A DNA stretch of 64,000 bases from Nitrospinaceae bacterium (GTDB lineage: Bacteria; Nitrospinota; Nitrospinia; Nitrospinales; VA-1): positions 1 through 64,000 of the forward strand of contig JBHHVU010000002.1 in the NCBI GenBank assembly GCA_046754465.1, given 5' to 3'. Below the pieces are notes generated by a model. The model saw only the letters and a list, made by a program, of their open reading frames with translations, was not told the origin of the DNA and ran no database searches. Position 1 is the stretch's first letter. Each line of letters begins with the position of its first letter. A program made the position numbers and the translations under genes. Positions 58,856 to 64,000 of this stretch are shown piece after piece.

Positions 58856-59584
58856 ATGCGCTACATCATCTTTTCCGATATTCATAGCAATCTGGAATCC
58901 CTTCAGGTCTTCGAGCAGATTGTTCGGACCATCCGCCACGATAAGAAAATCTGCCTTGGGGACTTGGTCGGTTACGGCGCCGACCCGAACCCCTGTGTCG
59001 AATGGATTCGGGAGAATGCCGATTTCGTCATCGCGGGCAACCACGATTACGCCGTGGTGGGGAAGACCGATCTCACCTATTTCAATCCCTACGCCTACCA
59101 GGCCTGTCTGTGGACCCGTCAGGAACTGACCCGGGAAAATAAAGGCTTTCTAGCATCCCTTCCTCTCGAAAAGGAAGAAGACGGCGTGTATTGGGTTCAT
59201 TCCTCTCCCCGGGAACCCCATCATTGGCACTACGTGATCACGCGGGAGGATGGAGAAAAAAATTTCGATTATTTCCCCACGCGATGCTGTTTTGTAGGGC
59301 ATTCACACCGCCCCCTGATCCTGGAACAGGGACCGGAGGGAGAAATCGACGATTATATTTCACCCGCTTGGGATTTGAAAAATGGCTGCCGGTACCTGTT
59401 TAACGTGGGGAGTCTGGGGCAGCCGCGCGACGGCAACCCGGACCCCTCCTTCGTGATTTTTGATTCCGGGGCGGACACCATCGAGTTTAGGCGTTACCGG
59501 TACGACTTCACTTCCACTCAGCAAAAAATCCGCGACAGCGGTCTCCCCTATCCCCTCGCGGACCGCTTGAGTTACGGCCTGTAG
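58856..59584 (+). CDS. Calcineurin-like metallophosphoesterase
   Basis: SDIHSN, GDLVGYG, GNHD, GHSH, GSLGQPRDG. Confidence 0.92.
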   Translation: MRYIIFSDIHSNLESLQVFEQIVRTIRHDKKICLGDLVGYGADPNPCVEWIRENADFVIAGNHDYAVVGKTDLTYFNPYAYQACLWTRQELTRENKGFLASLPLEKEEDGVYWVHSSPREPHHWHYVITREDGEKNFDYFPTRCCFVGHSHRPLILEQGPEGEIDDYISPAWDLKNGCRYLFNVGSLGQPRDGNPDPSFVIFDSGADTIEFRRYRYDFTSTQQKIRDSGLPYPLADRLSYGL

Positions 59585-59598
59585 CGGGCGCCTCATTC

Positions 59599-59627
59599 TT
59601 GACCCAAATTTTAAAAAGTGCTATAGT
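59599..59627 (+). promoter_or_regulatory. Sigma70 promoter for amidase-der
   Basis: TTGACC-17-TATAGT with extended -10 TG. Confidence 0.6.
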
Positions 59628-59745
59628 TTAAAACCACAATAAAATTAAGTGGTTATGCTTGGCAGGTTCATGGTCTTCCTTAAGTTTTTAAAGAACGTAA
59701 CCCAAAGACATTTCACATTTTCAGATCATTCGACAAGTGCCCTGA

Positions 59746-61434
59746 ATGTCCTTTCGCGCCCTTAAAAAATTTGCTTCGGTATTAATTTTTCTCCTTCCCT
59801 TGATTTGGATTGCCCCGCCTGCGGCACAGGCCGGGAAAAAACACACCCGAACCGCCGAGGCCCTCTACCAGCAAGCCAAAAAAAAGTACTACGCCCTCGA
59901 TAAATCCGTTAAACACCCGGCTCCCAGAGACCAGTGGGCGAAGGTTATCAACCGGTTCATGGCGGTATACGAGACCTATCCTACAAGCCCCCAGGCCTAC
60001 AAGGCCCTTTTTACCGTGGCACGGTTGTTTGACAAGCTATACCCGATTTCACACTTTTCCCAAGATCGGGAAAGGGCGCTGCATTTTTACTATAAAGTGA
60101 CTTCCGAGTTCCGGGATGGGCGTTTGACCGATGATGCGTTGTTCTACCAGGGCGAAATTTTCCTCGGCCAGAAAAATTATGATTTCGCGATGTCGGCCTT
60201 TGAACACATCGTCCGGGTTTATCCCCAAGGCGATCAAGCAGCGAAGGCGAGAAAACGAATTCAAGCCTTGAATGCAATGATACGGAAGGAGCCTTTCCTC
60301 CGGCAAGCGAGTACGGTGGAGGCCGTCCCTCCCGCCATTATCCGCCACGTGAGTTATGTCCGCCGTTCCCAATCCGTTCGCGTGGTGGTCCATACTAGCG
60401 GTCCGGTCGAGATATCCCAAAACCGTTTGACTCATCCGGACCGGATCTATTTCAATTTTTTCAACGCCCGTCTGGGAGACACCCTGAAGAAGGACATTCA
60501 TGTGGGCGACGATGTTCTTACCGGGATGCGGGTGAGCCGGTTCGCTAAAAATACGATCCGTCTGGTTTTGGATATCCGCCGGGGAGCGGGTTTAAAAATC
60601 ACCACCTCGGATGGAAATGGAAAGTTTATCATTGACTTGTGGAAACCCGTCCCGAGAAAATTACGCTCCCTTCCTCCTAAAATTCCCAGCCCGGTTCAGG
60701 TGGTTCCCGTAGCCGCCCGCTCCAAACCCAAACCCGCAGTGAAAAAACATGTGCCCCTCATCGTGATCGATCCGGGCCACGGGGGGAAAGATTTTGGAGC
60801 TAAAAGCTCCCGCGGACTGTTTGAAAAAAACGTGAACCTGGCCATCGCCAAACGGGTGAGAAAGATTCTTGAAAGACGGTACAAATTCCGGGTCCTTATG
60901 ACGCGTGAGGACGACACCTTTATCTCACTCAAACACAGAGGTGAAATCGCGAATGAGAGGGATGCCGATCTGTTCGTTTCCATCCACGCCAACGCAGCCA
61001 GACGCCGGTCCGCCTACGGGATCGAGACCTATTATCTGGGAATCGCCAACGGTGAGCAGGCGCAGGAAACCGCAGCCAGGGAAAACGGCGAACTGGTGCA
61101 TTCGGTTAAAGATGATCAGGTCCAGCAAATCCTGGCGAATCTCATCAGTACCACCAAGATCAACGATTCCGCGTTGTTGGCGGGCCATGTTCAGGAACGG
61201 TTGTTCCGTTCCATGAAAAAGAAGTATCCCGGCGTGAAAGATCTGGGGGTCAAGGAAGGTCCGTTTTTTGTCCTGCATGATACTTCTATGCCCAGCATTC
61301 TAATCGAGGTCGGGTTCTTGACCAATAAGCGGGAAGAGCGGAGATTGAAGAGTCCGGAGTACCTGGACCGGTTGGCGTTGGCCATCGCTAAGGGCATCTT
61401 CGGATTCACGCGGGACAAAGGACCCACGATTTAG
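59746..61434 (+). CDS. amiC: N-acetylmuramoyl-L-alanine amidase (TPR, AMIN and Amidase_3 domains)
   Basis: Signal peptide; TPR helices; AMIN (NRLTHPDRIYF); DPGHGG, EK, SIHAN, LIEVGF. Confidence 0.88.
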   Translation: MSFRALKKFASVLIFLLPLIWIAPPAAQAGKKHTRTAEALYQQAKKKYYALDKSVKHPAPRDQWAKVINRFMAVYETYPTSPQAYKALFTVARLFDKLYPISHFSQDRERALHFYYKVTSEFRDGRLTDDALFYQGEIFLGQKNYDFAMSAFEHIVRVYPQGDQAAKARKRIQALNAMIRKEPFLRQASTVEAVPPAIIRHVSYVRRSQSVRVVVHTSGPVEISQNRLTHPDRIYFNFFNARLGDTLKKDIHVGDDVLTGMRVSRFAKNTIRLVLDIRRGAGLKITTSDGNGKFIIDLWKPVPRKLRSLPPKIPSPVQVVPVAARSKPKPAVKKHVPLIVIDPGHGGKDFGAKSSRGLFEKNVNLAIAKRVRKILERRYKFRVLMTREDDTFISLKHRGEIANERDADLFVSIHANAARRRSAYGIETYYLGIANGEQAQETAARENGELVHSVKDDQVQQILANLISTTKINDSALLAGHVQERLFRSMKKKYPGVKDLGVKEGPFFVLHDTSMPSILIEVGFLTNKREERRLKSPEYLDRLALAIAKGIFGFTRDKGPTI

Positions 61435-61447
61435 CGAGGTTCCCGAA

Positions 61448-62764
61448 ATGCCGGTCCCCGTTGTCGCCATTATCGGCAGGGCCAATGTGGGCAAATCCAC
61501 CCTGTTCAACAAACTGACCCGTAAAAGAACGGCGATCGTCAATGATACACCCGGCGTCACCCGCGACCGGATGTATGGGCGGACCGAGTGGTCCGGAAAA
61601 CCCGTGATCGTGGTCGACACGGGGGGGATCGATTTCGAGGGAAAAACCGATTTAGAGCACCAGGTTCAGGAACAGGCCCGATTGGCCCAGGATGAGGCGG
61701 ATGCCATCATTTTTGTCGTGGACCATCAGCGTGGCGTTACCCCACAGGACCGGGAGGTGATCGGGCAGGTGAGAAAATCGGGGAAACCCTTGTTCCTGGC
61801 CGTCAACAAGGTAGACCACCCCCGGCATGAGAATGGTGTTTACGAGTTTGCTCAATTGGGAGTGGAGCGGGTTTACCCGATCTCCGCCGAACACAGTTTG
61901 GGACTCGGCGGTTTGACCCAGGATATTGCCGGGGGATTTCCCGAAACGGAGCACCCGGAGAAAGCGCCCGACGCCATTCACGTGGCCATCGTCGGGAAAC
62001 CCAATGCCGGTAAATCCTCCCTGGTCAATAGGATTTTGAAGTCCGAGCGGTGTGTTGTCTCCGAGGTGCCAGGAACCACCCGGGACGCCGTGGACTCGCA
62101 TTTGGTATACCAGGGAAAAAATTTCGTGCTCATCGACACCGCCGGGATCCGTCGGAAAGGAAGGACCCGCAAGTTGCTGGACAAGTTCAGCGTGATCATG
62201 GCGCTCAAGGCCCTCGACCGCTGTGACATCGCCGTCCTGGTCCTGGACGGGACAACCGGCATCACCGAGCAAGACGCGACCATCGCCGGTTACGCTTTTG
62301 AAAGGGGCAAAGGGTGCGTCATCGTGGCCACCAAGTGGGACCTGGTAAAAGAACGGTCTCGAGGGGCGTTTGAAGAGCTTGCGAGAGAAAAACTGCGGTT
62401 TCTTGAGTTCGCCCCCATTCTGACGGTCTCCGGAAAAACCGGACAGGGACTCAATAAACTGCTCAGCCACATCGGCCGGGTGTACGAGGAATATTCCAGG
62501 CGTATTCCCACCCGGCGGTTGAATGATTGTTTTGAACGGGCGATCCGGAAGAATCCAATGAGCAGTTACCGGGGAAAATTTTTGAAGATGTTTTACACCA
62601 CGCAGGTAAAAAATTGTCCCCCGACCTTCCGGTGTTTTGTAAATTATCCCCAGGGGATCCATTTTTCATATCGGCGTTATTTGACCAACAGCCTGCGCAA
62701 GGATTTCGGATTTTCCGGAACCCCGGTCCGCCTCCTGTTTTCCAGCCGCGATAAAGGTGATTGA
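61448..62764 (+). CDS. der: Ribosome biogenesis GTPase Der
   Basis: Two G domains: GRANVGKS/DTGG/NKVD and GKPNAGKS/DTAG/TKWD. Confidence 0.96.
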   Translation: MPVPVVAIIGRANVGKSTLFNKLTRKRTAIVNDTPGVTRDRMYGRTEWSGKPVIVVDTGGIDFEGKTDLEHQVQEQARLAQDEADAIIFVVDHQRGVTPQDREVIGQVRKSGKPLFLAVNKVDHPRHENGVYEFAQLGVERVYPISAEHSLGLGGLTQDIAGGFPETEHPEKAPDAIHVAIVGKPNAGKSSLVNRILKSERCVVSEVPGTTRDAVDSHLVYQGKNFVLIDTAGIRRKGRTRKLLDKFSVIMALKALDRCDIAVLVLDGTTGITEQDATIAGYAFERGKGCVIVATKWDLVKERSRGAFEELAREKLRFLEFAPILTVSGKTGQGLNKLLSHIGRVYEEYSRRIPTRRLNDCFERAIRKNPMSSYRGKFLKMFYTTQVKNCPPTFRCFVNYPQGIHFSYRRYLTNSLRKDFGFSGTPVRLLFSSRDKGD

Positions 62765-62768
62765 ACGC

Positions 62769-64000
62769 ATGACGGGCACCAGGGAATTCAATATTGTAAA
62801 AGGTCACAATTACCGGATTCTTGAGGCCAGGGGGTTTGACAGCATTGTGTTTGGCTGCCCTCCCGGCATGGTCAAGGATTTCGCGAGAAACGACCGGCCG
62901 CTGCCCCGCCATTACGTGATTCCCATCCGCACCTTTATAAAGGGGAAAAATAATTTCGATTTTGAGTTCATCATTTACAGTTTTTTGTTTTTCAAAAAGC
63001 GGAAGTTGAAAATATCCGTTTACTGTTCCAGGGACCAGAAAACCCGTTTTAAAAATATCCTGAATGAAACCCTTTTCGGTCCCCGGTTCAGATACCTTCT
63101 ACAGGCCCAGTTCAGGAAATTTTGCGTCCGCAAGAAGTTTTCTCCCCGGGATTTGGAGCGTTTCGATACCTTCCTATCCCGGATGGCGGCCGATAAGAAA
63201 TTGTTCAACCGGTTCAGCCATCTCCTGAAAATCCATGCCGGCGACCCAGCCATCACTCGAACCATCCGGGAATATTTTGAAGAACTGATTCAAGGCGAAA
63301 GGTGGCTCAAACAAAAAAAGATCCCTCGCCTGGCAGGCGATCTAGCGCACCATTACATCATTTGCGCCCAATTGAAAAAGGAGATGGACCTGTTTTCCCT
63401 GGCGGACGAAAAAGGCCGGGATCGATTTCTCAATAATCTGATCGATTTTTATGAGCTGGACCTGGATAAATCGGTGACGGTACCGGGCAAAAAGGATAAG
63501 AGAAAAAAAATCAAAATCGTCCAGAGGCGCCCGTCGGCCTTTGAAATTATCAGCAAAAATAAAAAACTGGGTTCCATCGATATCAGCCATCTGGATCCTC
63601 CCGAGTTCCTGGACGATTTCCAACTGGTGGAAAAACCGTTCATGGGGGTGACCTTTTTGGGCGTCGGTTCCGGATTTACCCCGAAACGGAGAAACAGTTG
63701 CCTGATCGCTTGGTCGGAGGGAAAAGGCATCATGGTCGACGCTGTTTCCGACAGCTCCCGGGTCGCCCTGAACCATGGAATCACCGAAAATGACATCCTT
63801 TACATTTTTTTGACCCATGTCCATTCCGATCACGATGCGGGACTGGCGGAACTGATCCTCTCAGGTCAGAGAATCAAAGTCATCTCCAGCCGGATTATTT
63901 TTGAAAGTTTTTTGAGGAAGCTGGAGGCCCTTACCTGTCTGCCCATCCGGATTGTTGAAGAATTTATCGATTTTCTGGAAGTGGAACCTCATAAAAAAAT
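62769..64000 (+). CDS. MBL-fold metallo-hydrolase, putative cyclic-nucleotide phosphodiesterase (runs off window)
   Basis: Not in the ORF track. Hand translation from ATG 62769 is open through FGCPPGMVKD, FDFEFIIY, ETLFGP, GVTFLGVGSGF and THVHSDHDAG (HxHxDH), and apparently to the window edge. Confidence 0.8.
   Translation, partial: MTGTREFNIVKGHNYRILEARGFDSIVFGCPPGMVKDFARNDRPLPRHYVIPIRTFIKGKNNFDFEFIIYSFLFFKKRKLKISVYCSRDQKTRFKNILNETLFGPRFRYLLQAQFRKFCVRKKFSPRDLERFDTFLSRMAADKKLFNRFSHLLKIHAGDPAITRTIREYFEELIQGERWLKQKKIPRLAGDLAHHYIICAQLKKEMDLFSLADEKGRDRFLNNLIDFYELDLDKSVTVPGKKDKRKKIKIVQRRPSAFEIISKNKKLGSIDISHLDPPEFLDDFQLVEKPFMGVTFLGVGSGFTPKRRNSCLIAWSEGKGIMVDAVSDSSRVALNHGITENDILYIFLTHVHSDHDAGLAELILSGQRIKVISSRIIFESFLRKLEALTCLPIRIVEEFIDFLEVEPHKK

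Noticed and set aside
62330..62341. Der second G4 motif TKWD instead of NKWD
   Set aside because: T/N-KxD is an accepted G4 variant; no functional claim is supportable.
1..64000. CRISPR arrays, tRNA/rRNA genes, integrases, transposases and prophage genes
   Set aside because: None were recognised by eye; the intergenic gaps show no regular repeat-spacer or cloverleaf patterns.

Overview
This is a 64 kb bacterial chromosomal segment of mostly core genes, with no rRNA, tRNA, CRISPR array or intact mobile element that I can see. Gene content suggests a Nitrospinota/Nitrospirota-type nitrite oxidiser, probably marine. That assignment is inferred from a type-E succinate:quinone oxidoreductase, a CydB-less cytochrome bd-like oxidase operon with three c-type cytochromes, and a Na+-type stator. 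From left to right it contains: a partial secreted SdrD-B/Cna-B-like protein; a DEAD-box helicase; sdhAB plus a CCG-domain anchor; a DASS transporter; gcdH; an orphan ParD antitoxin with a dead parE remnant; gcvPB; LPS genes; hisD; the bd-like oxidase/cytochrome c operon; rpoZ; ltaE; porin plus amtB; a sigma54-driven flagellar export cluster (fliL to fliA); lpxL-acpS-tsaC-purE; MFS, TPR, cinA and rhomboid genes; a NACHT-FGE-sulfatase (NLR-like) protein; a doubly degenerate REC/HD-GYP gene coupled to motAB; the rib-nusB operon; an amidase; der; and a partial MBL-fold phosphodiesterase-like gene. The best candidates for unusual biology are the bd-like oxidase module, the pseudo-receiver/pseudo-HD-GYP stator regulator, the NACHT-CLec protein and the AmtB-porin pair. 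All calls come from motif reading; no searches were run.
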